Notes under the pieces: generated by a model
What the model saw: only the letters and a program-made list of their open reading frames with translations
Database searches by the model: none
Told to the model about the DNA's origin: nothing
In this document: one piece after another, positions 28,496-37,842 of the stretch
How the letters are laid out: each line of letters opens with the position of its first letter
Numbering within the stretch: position 1 is the stretch's first letter
Program-made: the position numbers and the translations under genes
Source of the DNA: a bacterium
GTDB taxonomy: Bacteria; SAR324; XYD2-FULL-50-16
Direction: 5' to 3'
NCBI GenBank assembly: GCA_032250835.1
Contig: JAVVEA010000001.1
Location: 143,869 to 207,868 of the forward strand
DNA length: 64,000 nt

Positions 28496-29829
28496 AAGCC
28501 TTTGCCTTATTGCCGCCGGTCCAGCAAGTGGACCGTTATCTTGAACTAGCCGGGCTGCCCTGGGGCCCGGAGGTGCGTGATGCCGTCGAGGCGGCGCTGG
28601 ACCATTTACGCCAAAATACGGGTTTCTGGAGCGATTGGAACCGGGAGCAACTGGTGGTTTGGATCGCCGAGCGAGCCTCTCGGCCAAGGGGCTTACGGCG
28701 AGTAATCAACGCCACCGGAACCATTGTCCATACCAATTTAGGCCGCTCGCCCTTTTCCTTTGAGCTACTAGAAGGTTTAAGCGAATTGTTCGGCGGTTAT
28801 TGTAACCTGGAATATGACCTTGAAAAAGGTCAACGGGGGCAACGGGTGGGCGAGGCGGAACGGCTGATCTGCCGCTTGAGCGGGGCCGAAGCCGCCCTTT
28901 TCGTCAACAACAACGCCTCGGCCTTGCTGCTTTGTCTACAGGCCTTTGCGCTGGATAAAGAGGTGTTACTGTCTCGGGGCGAAATGGTCGAGATCGGGGG
29001 CAGCTTCCGCATCCCGGACATGCTGCAAACCTCCGGTGCTAGGCTTAAAGAACTGGGCACCACCAACAAGACCCACCTAAAAGACTACCAGCAAGCCATC
29101 ACCGACCAAACGGCCATGCTTTTAAAGGTGCACCGGAGTAATTTTAAGATCACCGGATTCACCGCCGAACCAAGCCGTAAAGAATTGGTGTTATTGGCCC
29201 AGGAGCGGGGATTGATCTTTCTTGAAGACCTAGGGAGCGGATCTTTAGAGCCCTTAAACTTAGGAGGCGGCGTCGAGGAGCCCGGACTTTCAAACATCTT
29301 AGCCCAAGGGGCTCCCTTGGTCACCGCCAGTGGAGACAAGCTTTTAGGCGGCCCCCAAGCGGGGTTGGTGTTAGGCCGTGCCGATTTGATCAACCAGTTG
29401 CGCAACCATCCCCTTTACCGCTGTTTGCGCTGCGACAAACTCACCTTATACCTACTCGAGCAAACCTTGCGGGCCTACAGCCGCAAAGAAATCTCCGTGA
29501 TCCCTACCCGTAGGATGCTAGAAGAATCGCCCGATGCGGTTCAGGCTAGGGCCCAAGGGGTCTTGGATTTGCTGCCCGGTCTGGGGCTAGAGTTGATTCA
29601 AACCCAAGCAACGCCCGGCGGAGGGGCCCTGCCTGAGGCGTCTTTACCCAGTTGGGCCTTGAGCCTACCCGGGGAAGCCCAAGCCCGGCATCAAGCCTTG
29701 CGCCAACTAAAACTACCGGTAGTCGGCCGTATCCGGGAAGGACGGCTTCTATTGGATTTTAAGACGGTCTTTGAAGGCGAAGTGACCTTGGTAGCCGAGG
29801 CGATCCGGCAGGTCTTGGCTAAGGGGTAA
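28492..29829 (+). CDS. selA: L-seryl-tRNA(Sec) selenium transferase
   Basis: VINATGTIVHTNLGRSP signature, PLP domain. Start at 28492, from an ATGA overlap with the lnt stop. Confidence 0.85.
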   Translation: MKAFALLPPVQQVDRYLELAGLPWGPEVRDAVEAALDHLRQNTGFWSDWNREQLVVWIAERASRPRGLRRVINATGTIVHTNLGRSPFSFELLEGLSELFGGYCNLEYDLEKGQRGQRVGEAERLICRLSGAEAALFVNNNASALLLCLQAFALDKEVLLSRGEMVEIGGSFRIPDMLQTSGARLKELGTTNKTHLKDYQQAITDQTAMLLKVHRSNFKITGFTAEPSRKELVLLAQERGLIFLEDLGSGSLEPLNLGGGVEEPGLSNILAQGAPLVTASGDKLLGGPQAGLVLGRADLINQLRNHPLYRCLRCDKLTLYLLEQTLRAYSRKEISVIPTRRMLEESPDAVQARAQGVLDLLPGLGLELIQTQATPGGGALPEASLPSWALSLPGEAQARHQALRQLKLPVVGRIREGRLLLDFKTVFEGEVTLVAEAIRQVLAKG

Positions 29830-30172
29830 CGCGCAGGGTGGTGTAGCCCACAATGTCCGAGCTGGTGTCGGTTACCGCAAAAGTGGCGGTCAAGACAAAG
29901 CTTCCAGCGGTCCGAGGGCTCAACAGGCCCGGCACTGCGGTACTGAAGAGATTGTCACTCGTCGAATCAACACTCCAAACCACCTCTTCGGTCAGGTCTT
30001 TACTATCTCCGTTAGAGTAGCTACCCGTAGCAGTGTACTGGATCGGCTCATCGTAAAGGGACACCGATAGCTTCTCTGGAGTCACGGCAATGCTGTCTAA
30101 GGTGCCGCTATCTTTACAGCCCCCTATCACCCATAGGGCTATGGCTAAGCTCAACCAGCGCTGAAGCTTCAT
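29819..30172 (-). CDS. Small lipoprotein with a bacterial Ig-like (Big_2-type) domain
   Basis: 117 aa. Lipobox LWVIGGC after the signal peptide. Beta-rich Thr/Ser-rich body. Confidence 0.5.
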   Translation of the reverse strand: MKLQRWLSLAIALWVIGGCKDSGTLDSIAVTPEKLSVSLYDEPIQYTATGSYSNGDSKDLTEEVVWSVDSTSDNLFSTAVPGLLSPRTAGSFVLTATFAVTDTSSDIVGYTTLRVTP

Positions 30173-33048
30173 CCGTCGATCTCGTCCTTTAGGGTTTCGT
30201 TTTGTTTGAGCACAAAAGCGCGCTTAACCTTTTGGTTTATTCTTAAATAATATTCCCCTTTAGGCAACATCAAGGTCTTGCGTTTGTCCGCATCGGTCAA
30301 ATAGGTACGCCAGTTGCTTCCGGCCATTTTTATCTGAAATTGGAGCCGTTCCACCCCTTTGGTGAACTGTTGCACCTTGGTTAGGTCTAGCCGATAGGTA
30401 CCGTAACCCAGGTTTTCAGCCGTCGGGACGAAGCTACTTAGGGTGGTGGCGTTAATTTTTGGTTCCGCTGCTTCCAGGGCAGACAAAAGGGCGAAAATTC
30501 GGTTGCGGAAGGTGTCTGGTTGCCTTCCCAGGCCCGAAAAGGCCCCAAAATCCACTTCAAAGCCACCTTTAAGGAAACGTTCTAGTGCTTCGGTGGGTAG
30601 ATCAAAATAGAGCAGGTTTTTGGGCATCGCTGCTTTTTGGATGTCATTGTTGCAGTCAACAAACTCCAACTGCACCTCAGCTCCTTCTACCACCGATAGA
30701 TCAAATACCTCGCGGTCCCAAACCTCAAAAAAACGATCGATCTTGGTTTTGGTGGTGAAGTTGTAGTCTCGATCCAAGAAAGTGGCCTTGCGGCCTAACT
30801 TAGACATCAAAAAGACAGCCTGAAGGTCTTGGCGCAACGAATAGACCTGAATCATCGCATAATAAGCCGCCTGATCGTTTAAGCGCTTCTTCAAAACAGC
30901 CAGAGCTGTGCTTTCGAGCTCAGAGGAGTTTTTACAGGTATTGGCTTCTAGCAAAAGACGGTTTAGGTTGTTTTTGAGCGCATTCAGCTCATGGTCTACA
31001 AAGACCACCGGCGGATCGAAGACATTGTCGCGCAGCGGGCCCGATGAGTCTTCCATAATGTCTTTTTCGCTGAACTCCTTGATCACCAGCGCGCTGGGTT
31101 CGCTCGGGTCCGGGGCGACGGTTTGTTGTTGGACTTGCTGGGTAGCCACCTCTTCAGCTTCGCTTTCGTCGCGCTCTAAAACCGGGGCTTTACCTTCAAA
31201 AATCTTTCTAGGCAGCCTCAACAGGTTGATCCGCCCGGTTAGATTACCCACGGCAATCAGTTTGCCATCCGGTGTCATCGCCAAGGCGGTGATTTGGTCT
31301 TCTTGGCCCGAGAGGGTACGGATGAATTTTCCGGCGTTGACGTCCCAAATCTTGATGGTTTTGTCTCTCGAGGCCGAGACCATCGCTTTGCCATGAGGGG
31401 CAAAGGCCATGTCACTGACGATGAACTCATGGCCCACAAAATCATTTTGGAGTTTCCCCGAAACCAGATCAAAGGTGCGGATTTTGGTGTCGTCGCTAGC
31501 GGTAGCTAAAACATCCTTATTGGGCGAGAAAGCGACGGCCCGCACTCCACGCTCGTGGCCGCTCAGGGTGAATAGGAGTTGCTGGTCATAGCTGCGGAAC
31601 ACTTTGGCGGTGCGGTCGGCGCTGCCGGTGGCGAACTGTTCCCCATCGCGGCTGAACCGGACCATATTGATCTGGCCGTTGTGGATCTCTCGTTTAAAGA
31701 GCGAGCGTTTGGTTTTTAGGTCCCAGTAGATCACCGTCTTATCGGCACCGACACTGACCAACTTAGGCTCCGTTGGGTGGAAATCCAAGCTGTTGATCTT
31801 TCCCTTGTGCCCCTGCAGTTCGTATTGTTCCTGTCCGGTGTTGCGGTCGAAGACCTTGATAACCGAAGCATTCCCGCCCACAGCGATCAACTTATTGTCA
31901 GGGGAAATGCGCAGACACTGGGCTTTAAAGCCCTTGGGCATTTCATATTTACGGACCTTGCTCATCTGCGTTAGGTCCCAAAGCACCGTCTCGCCGTCTA
32001 CGGAAAGAGACATCAAGAACTTGCCTGACCCAGAGATGTCCAAGGCTTCGATGCTGCTTTTATGCTCGTCCAGGGCCTTTAAAAAGCCGTTATCCCCGAG
32101 GTTCCAGCCCCGCAGATAGGTGGTCTCGAAGATTGCCAGGACGCTCTTGGCATCGTTAGCAAAACGGCAACCAGCCACGGGTTTATCCACCAATTTAAGG
32201 CTTTCTTCGACCCGGTCACGCCGCAAGTCCCAGATCTTGATGCTGCCATCTTTGCTACAGGTGACCATATCCGTGCCCCTTGGGTTGAAATCAAAACCCG
32301 TAACCGGACCGGCATGAGCCAGCATTTTTTTGGCTAGCTTGTTATTTTTGAAATCCCAAAAAATCACTTGGTTGTCATGCCCGGCGCTGGCTAGGTGTTC
32401 GCCCGAGGGATGGAAAAGGACCTGTTCGACCCGCTTCCCATGTAGCTTGTGGGTGCTTTTTAGTAAACCCGCAGCGGTGTCCCAGACCTTCACTTCCCCG
32501 GATACGTTGGCCCAGGCAATGGTGTGGTTGTCGGGGTGAAAATCCAGTGAAACCACATGCCCGGTAGGTTCGATGATTTTCTTGGCAATCTTATAGCGGT
32601 CCAGTTGCCAGAGGATGATCGACTTTTCCCGGCCACCGGAAATCAACAATTCACCATCCCTCGAAAGGGCCAAAGCCTCAACCGGGCCTTCCTGGCCGAC
32701 CAAAGATTGTACTCGCAAACCTTTAGCCACGTCCCAGATATGGATTTTTCCGTCTTTACCGCCAGTAAACAACAGGTGTTTCTGGGGATGGAAGACCGCG
32801 ACTTGCGGTTTATGGGTGCCGGTTTTAATCGCCTTAAGCGGGCGTCCGTTGGCGTAGCGCCAAACGCGGATGGTGTAGGTTTTATCGATAGCGATCACGT
32901 ACCGGCCGTCGCCGCTGATAGCACCGTCGTACAACATGCCCTTAGGCCCGTAGAAGCTGCTGTGCACGATGAAGCTATCTTTGGCCCAGGCAGAACCAAA
33001 GCAAAAGACCCACAGCAATAAAATTAAAGTCAGGCTTCGTTTAAGCAT
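30169..33048 (-). CDS. Secreted WD40-repeat protein (about 14 blades, two propellers) with a ~350-aa C-terminal domain of unknown function
   Basis: Signal peptide (MLKRSLTLILLLWVFCFGSAWA). Repeated ...GH...V.S...S.DG..LASGS.D.TIK.WD units. The ORF track extends to 33087, but that would overlap the K+ channel gene, so start is placed at the internal Met (33048). Confidence 0.75.
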   Translation of the reverse strand: MLKRSLTLILLLWVFCFGSAWAKDSFIVHSSFYGPKGMLYDGAISGDGRYVIAIDKTYTIRVWRYANGRPLKAIKTGTHKPQVAVFHPQKHLLFTGGKDGKIHIWDVAKGLRVQSLVGQEGPVEALALSRDGELLISGGREKSIILWQLDRYKIAKKIIEPTGHVVSLDFHPDNHTIAWANVSGEVKVWDTAAGLLKSTHKLHGKRVEQVLFHPSGEHLASAGHDNQVIFWDFKNNKLAKKMLAHAGPVTGFDFNPRGTDMVTCSKDGSIKIWDLRRDRVEESLKLVDKPVAGCRFANDAKSVLAIFETTYLRGWNLGDNGFLKALDEHKSSIEALDISGSGKFLMSLSVDGETVLWDLTQMSKVRKYEMPKGFKAQCLRISPDNKLIAVGGNASVIKVFDRNTGQEQYELQGHKGKINSLDFHPTEPKLVSVGADKTVIYWDLKTKRSLFKREIHNGQINMVRFSRDGEQFATGSADRTAKVFRSYDQQLLFTLSGHERGVRAVAFSPNKDVLATASDDTKIRTFDLVSGKLQNDFVGHEFIVSDMAFAPHGKAMVSASRDKTIKIWDVNAGKFIRTLSGQEDQITALAMTPDGKLIAVGNLTGRINLLRLPRKIFEGKAPVLERDESEAEEVATQQVQQQTVAPDPSEPSALVIKEFSEKDIMEDSSGPLRDNVFDPPVVFVDHELNALKNNLNRLLLEANTCKNSSELESTALAVLKKRLNDQAAYYAMIQVYSLRQDLQAVFLMSKLGRKATFLDRDYNFTTKTKIDRFFEVWDREVFDLSVVEGAEVQLEFVDCNNDIQKAAMPKNLLYFDLPTEALERFLKGGFEVDFGAFSGLGRQPDTFRNRIFALLSALEAAEPKINATTLSSFVPTAENLGYGTYRLDLTKVQQFTKGVERLQFQIKMAGSNWRTYLTDADKRKTLMLPKGEYYLRINQKVKRAFVLKQNETLKDEIDG

Positions 33049-34027
33049 ATTCGGCGAAAAGCTTGGTGAATTCTTCTTTATCCGCAATCATCACCACCCG
33101 ATCTCCGCGCTCGAAGGTATAGTTAGCACCGGGATTCGACAAGATATGACCGCCCTGTTTCTCAATGGCTAAGATGATCACATTAAACCGCGAGCGTAGG
33201 TTGCTGTCCATCAAACTTTGCCCCACCAAGGGATGACCGGACTGTAGGTCTAGTTCTTCAAAGGTCAGGTTGAGCGTCCCGGTGTCGGTGGCCGAATCCA
33301 GAATTTTGCTGATCGTCGGTTTGATGATGATTTGGCTGATCTGGCGTCCGCCGATATGGTAGGGGTTGATCACCCGGTCCGCCCCGGCGCGCAGTAGTTT
33401 TTTCTGGGTTGATTCGTCTTCAAAGCGGCTGATGATAAATAACTTAGGGTTTATCTCACGCGCCGTGAGGGTGATGAAGACGTTCTCTGCCTCGGACTTA
33501 ACGCAGGCGACCAGTCCTTTGGCGCGTAAAATTCCGGCTTTTTCTAAGACCTCTTCGTTAGACGCATCGCCGTGGAGCATAGGGATTTTGTCGGTTAAGT
33601 CGTCTTCTAATTCGCGGTTCAAGTCGACAACCACCACTTTGCGGCCCGCTTCAGCCAAATTGCGGGTCACGTCCCGGCCGATCCGTCCGTAACCGCAGAC
33701 AATGTAGTGGTCTTTGATCTTGCCTAGTATCTTGTCCATTTTTTTTTGGTTTAAGACCATCCCCATAAAGGGATTTAGTATTTCCAGACTGAAGTTACGG
33801 AAAATGTAGGCCACGTTGCCGATCCCTACGATAATCAGGACTACCGTAAACATCTTACCACCGGTGCTTAGCGGGTGGGTTTCTCCATAGCCCACGGTGG
33901 TCAAGGTGATCACCGTCATGTATAGCGAGTCGAACAGGGTCCAACCCTCGATCAACATATACCCGCTGGTGCCTAACAGCAAGATCAACAGCAGCGGAAA
34001 AAGGCTTTGAAGCAGTTTGATTAACAT
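33041..34027 (-). CDS. Potassium channel with a cytoplasmic RCK/TrkA-N domain (MthK/Kch-like)
   Basis: 328 aa. Selectivity filter TTVGYGE. Rossmann HYIVCGYGRIGRDV. C-terminal TrkA-C-like segment. Confidence 0.8.
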   Translation of the reverse strand: MLIKLLQSLFPLLLILLLGTSGYMLIEGWTLFDSLYMTVITLTTVGYGETHPLSTGGKMFTVVLIIVGIGNVAYIFRNFSLEILNPFMGMVLNQKKMDKILGKIKDHYIVCGYGRIGRDVTRNLAEAGRKVVVVDLNRELEDDLTDKIPMLHGDASNEEVLEKAGILRAKGLVACVKSEAENVFITLTAREINPKLFIISRFEDESTQKKLLRAGADRVINPYHIGGRQISQIIIKPTISKILDSATDTGTLNLTFEELDLQSGHPLVGQSLMDSNLRSRFNVIILAIEKQGGHILSNPGANYTFERGDRVVMIADKEEFTKLFAEYA

Positions 34028-34087
34028 GTTCCAGTCGATCCCCTACCCTGGGGCTTCTAAGAAGCCTTGACGAAGGGGGTAAAGGTC

Positions 34088-34116
34088 TTGAATTCTACGG
34101 CCAAAGCCCGTACAAT
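34088..34116 (+). promoter_or_regulatory. Candidate sigma70 promoter: -35 TTGAAT, 17-bp spacer, -10 TACAAT
   Basis: Hexamers read directly, about 110 bp upstream of the 583-aa ORF start. Confidence 0.4.
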
Positions 34117-34226
34117 CTAGCCATTATACAGGCTGAAATGATTTTTGGCCTTCTCGGTCCGCTTGGCAATACAAATTAGAGTCCAAAACCACTCTATTCG
34201 CGAAACTTTTTGATCTGCCTTTCAGT

Positions 34227-35978
34227 GTGGATCGGGATTCCTTGATGAAGCCGGAAAAACGGGTCGTAGACCTTATTTACATCACTCCCCCCAAATCCAC
34301 TGAGGAGCTACTTAAAGAGTATCACCTCAAGATCGGCATCTGGGCCAAGAAGCTCAAAGAAATACAAGACTATTATTTCGAGCAAAACTACGACAGCGCC
34401 GGTGCGGACGTGCAAGAGGTGCTGGCAATGCGCAAGTTCCTCAACCAATTCCTAAAACACCGGGTTTCTTGGGTCGAAGAAAAGATTTCTGATGCCGCCC
34501 TAAAGAAGCGCTACCTACAGGTCCTTCCGCCCTTCCACCAAAAGGGCGCGATCAAGGCTCTGCTGTTCCACTTTTTCCAGCTCAAAGAGAGCCAGGACAA
34601 AAAACAAATCCTCTTCAACGCAGCCACGCCCCAAGAGCGGGAGGTGCGGATACTTTGGGACATCTACAAGCTGCGCAAAACCATCGAGTCGATCCGGGTG
34701 TTAAAAAAGGCGGTAGAAGAAGAAAATCCCTTCCCCTCCATCTTCGCCGCACCGACCCGAAAAAAACGGCTTGAAGAGTTAGAACGTGTTTTTAAGCTGA
34801 TGTTCCAAATGGTGATCCGCCCAGAACACCAAAAAGAACTGTTTAGCGGACTGTCGCCCAAGCACATCCAGCCCGAGGCCATCATCGCACGCCAGGACGC
34901 CGGGCAACAGCTGATCTATCCCCATGTGTTAGAAAAGTTCAACTACCGCAACCACTTCTTTTTCGTATATTTTTACTCGGGCATGAAGGCAAAAGTAGGC
35001 GGTGAGTTGAAGGAATTTCATTTTAACTACCTGGATTTCGAAATCATCAAACAGGAATTCTTGACCCACTGGCTCAACCAGAAGCTCCAGAACAATCCCA
35101 ACAAGCGGCAGGTATACGGACGCTATAAATTGGGTGAGAAAAACCTAGCGGACCTGATTGAGGAGCAACCGGCCAAGGAAATCGAGATCCTCCAGCAGTT
35201 GCCCTACGACGTCTTCAACGACATCACCGCCGAGGTCAACGAATGCGTTACCGCTGAAGAAAAGGTAGCGGTCGAGACCTTTAGTGAAAACCACGGTGAG
35301 TTTGCCGAAGTCCGCCAGCAGTTTGAAAAGGCCAAGAAGGTTGCCAAAAACTCGATGGCCAAAATCCGTGAACTTTTTGGGCCCTCTGCTGCTGCTCCGG
35401 TAGCGCCGGTTGCTCCTCCTGCACCGGAACCCGAGCCCGAACCCGAACCAGAGCCCGAAGCACCCAAAGAGCGTCGGTTTACGGTCACAAAAATCAAGAA
35501 AAACGAGATCGACTTCCCTTATTTTGTTAAAGCCATTGCCGACTTCTCTAAGCGGCTCAACCAAATCCGCGCGAAGATGGGGCCTGAGGGCTATAAGGAG
35601 TTCTCTAAACAAATGCACAAGCTGTTGAGCAATACCCCGGAATCAGCCATGATCCAGCGGCGCACGCCCAAACATGAATGGGTTTTGCCCTATTTGGTGA
35701 AGGAGTATCTCGGCGAAGACTTAGTCCAAGAGCATTTCTTGGTGCTCGGTGCTGAGGTCAAAGCCAAGGCTCTGGGTATGGGGTATTCGGCCAAATCGGG
35801 ACAGAACGCCTACCAGTTCACCCCATACTTTGCCTATGGCTGCAAGGAGCAGGACCCGGAGTTGGGTTCCCCAACCGAAACACGCAAGGTGCGTGGTAAA
35901 GACTTCCATGAGTACAACCCACTAGAAGCAAAGGTCCGCGAGCGATTGGACCAGTTTTTTGAATTGATCAAAAACTAA
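34227..35978 (+). CDS. Hypothetical protein with an internal (Pro-Glu/Ala-Pro) low-complexity linker
   Basis: 583-aa ORF with a good coding-like composition. No recognisable domain. Linker [24 protein letters not shown]. Confidence 0.5.
   Translation: MDRDSLMKPEKRVVDLIYITPPKSTEELLKEYHLKIGIWAKKLKEIQDYYFEQNYDSAGADVQEVLAMRKFLNQFLKHRVSWVEEKISDAALKKRYLQVLPPFHQKGAIKALLFHFFQLKESQDKKQILFNAATPQEREVRILWDIYKLRKTIESIRVLKKAVEEENPFPSIFAAPTRKKRLEELERVFKLMFQMVIRPEHQKELFSGLSPKHIQPEAIIARQDAGQQLIYPHVLEKFNYRNHFFFVYFYSGMKAKVGGELKEFHFNYLDFEIIKQEFLTHWLNQKLQNNPNKRQVYGRYKLGEKNLADLIEEQPAKEIEILQQLPYDVFNDITAEVNECVTAEEKVAVETFSENHGEFAEVRQQFEKAKKVAKNSMAKIRELFGPSAAAPVAPVAPPAPEPEPEPEPEPEAPKERRFTVTKIKKNEIDFPYFVKAIADFSKRLNQIRAKMGPEGYKEFSKQMHKLLSNTPESAMIQRRTPKHEWVLPYLVKEYLGEDLVQEHFLVLGAEVKAKALGMGYSAKSGQNAYQFTPYFAYGCKEQDPELGSPTETRKVRGKDFHEYNPLEAKVRERLDQFFELIKN
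35427..35459 (+). repeat. Short tandem hexanucleotide repeat (GAACCC/GAGCCC) x5 encoding a [10 protein letters not shown] linker
   Basis: Seen directly inside the 583-aa ORF. Confidence 0.6.
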
Positions 35979-35988
35979 AGTTAACAGG

Positions 35989-37836
35989 ATGTTCATGACC
36001 GGAAAATTACGCAGCGCGCGCAGCACTGAAGGTAGAAAAATGGCTGGAGCCCGTTCCTTATGGCGGGCCAACGGGATGAAAGAAGATGATTTCGGTAAAC
36101 CCATCATCGCTATTGTCAACAGCTTCACCCAATTTGTTCCCGGCCATGTGCACCTGCATCCGCTGGGCCAGCGTGTAAAAGAGGTGATCGACCGAGCCGG
36201 CGGCTTTGGCGCTGAGTTTAACACCATCGCCATTGATGACGGGATCGCCATGGGCCATGACGGCATGCTCTATAGCCTGCCCAGCCGCGATTTGATCGCC
36301 GATAGCGTCGAATATATGGTCAATGCCCATGTAGCCGATGCCATGATCTGCATCTCGAACTGCGACAAGATCACCCCCGGCATGATGATGGCTGCTATGC
36401 GGCTGAACATCCCTTGTATCTTTGTCTCCGGCGGCCCCATGGAAGCGGGGTTGGCTGGGGATCGCAAGCTGGACTTGATCGACGCCATGATTGCCGGTGG
36501 GGACAGCGTCACCAGTGACGCCGAATTGGACCAATTAGAGCGCTCCGCCTGCCCAACCTGTGGCTCTTGCTCAGGTATGTTCACCGCCAACAGCATGAAC
36601 TGCTTGGCTGAGGCCTTGGGCCTTGCTTTGCCGGGCAACGGCACCTTGATTGCGACCCACGCCGAACGCTGGGGCCTATTCGAAGCCGCAGCGCTGCGCA
36701 TCGTGGAGATGGCCAAGGCCCATTACCTTGAAGGAAAACCGGGGCTCTTGCCTCGCCAACGGATCAACAAGGCCAGCTTCGAAAACGCCATGGCCTTAGA
36801 TATAGCCATGGGCGGTTCGACCAACACGGTCTTGCACCTTTTGGCGGTAGCCCAAGAAGCCCAGGTGGATTTCACCATGGCCGATATGGACCGGATCAGC
36901 CGAAAAATACCGACTTTAAGCAAGGTGGCCCCTAGTAGCCATTACCACGTAGAAGACGTGCACCGGGCCGGGGGGATCATGGCGATTATGGAAGAACTGT
37001 TAGAATCGGGCTTAGTAGATGGCCAAGCCGCCATGATCACCGGTCTAACCTTAGCCGAACAGACCGCTGCCTATAGCCTCAAAAAATCAGGTCCCCAGGC
37101 AAGCACCCTCTATTCGGCCGCGCCCGGCGGCTTCCGCACCACTGAAGCCTTTTGCCAAAATACGCGGTACCCTAGCCAAGATTTAGACCGAGAAATGGGC
37201 TGCATCCGTTCGGTAAGCCATGCTTACTCGAAAGAAGGCGGGTTGTGCGTGCTCTTTGGTAATCTGGCTGAGCAGGGCTGCATCGTAAAGACCGCAGGGG
37301 TAGACGAAAGCATCTGGACCTTTGAGGGGCCCGCAAAAATCTGCGAATCTCAAGAAGCCGCCAGCGAGGACATTTTGTCTGGAAAAATTTTGGCCGGTGA
37401 CGTGGTGGTGATTCGCTACGAGGGCCCCAAGGGCGGGCCGGGCATGCAGGAAATGCTGTACCCCACCACCTACTTAAAATCTAAAAACCTCGGCAAGGCC
37501 TGTGCTTTGATCACCGACGGTCGGTTTTCTGGCGGCACTTCGGGCCTGTCGATTGGGCATGTTTCGCCCGAGGCGGCCAGTGGGGGCAACATCGGCCTGG
37601 TGGAGTCGGGCGACCGCATCCGTATCGACATTCCAGGCCGCAAGATCGAACTTTTGGTCTCCGACGAAGTACTGGAAAAGCGCCGCCAAGCGATGGCCGC
37701 CAAAGGGGAACAGGCTTGGCAACCGGCTTGTGAGCGCCCTAGGGTAGTAAGTCAGGCCTTACAGGCCTATGCCCTGATGGCGACCAGCGCCGACCGAGGG
37801 GCGGTGCGTGACTTAAGCCAAATCAAGCGGGGTTAA
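35989..37836 (+). CDS. ilvD: Dihydroxy-acid dehydratase
   Basis: 615 aa. [18 protein letters not shown] and SGGPMEAG motifs. Confidence 0.9.
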   Translation: MFMTGKLRSARSTEGRKMAGARSLWRANGMKEDDFGKPIIAIVNSFTQFVPGHVHLHPLGQRVKEVIDRAGGFGAEFNTIAIDDGIAMGHDGMLYSLPSRDLIADSVEYMVNAHVADAMICISNCDKITPGMMMAAMRLNIPCIFVSGGPMEAGLAGDRKLDLIDAMIAGGDSVTSDAELDQLERSACPTCGSCSGMFTANSMNCLAEALGLALPGNGTLIATHAERWGLFEAAALRIVEMAKAHYLEGKPGLLPRQRINKASFENAMALDIAMGGSTNTVLHLLAVAQEAQVDFTMADMDRISRKIPTLSKVAPSSHYHVEDVHRAGGIMAIMEELLESGLVDGQAAMITGLTLAEQTAAYSLKKSGPQASTLYSAAPGGFRTTEAFCQNTRYPSQDLDREMGCIRSVSHAYSKEGGLCVLFGNLAEQGCIVKTAGVDESIWTFEGPAKICESQEAASEDILSGKILAGDVVVIRYEGPKGGPGMQEMLYPTTYLKSKNLGKACALITDGRFSGGTSGLSIGHVSPEAASGGNIGLVESGDRIRIDIPGRKIELLVSDEVLEKRRQAMAAKGEQAWQPACERPRVVSQALQAYALMATSADRGAVRDLSQIKRG

Positions 37837-37842
37837 CCTTTC

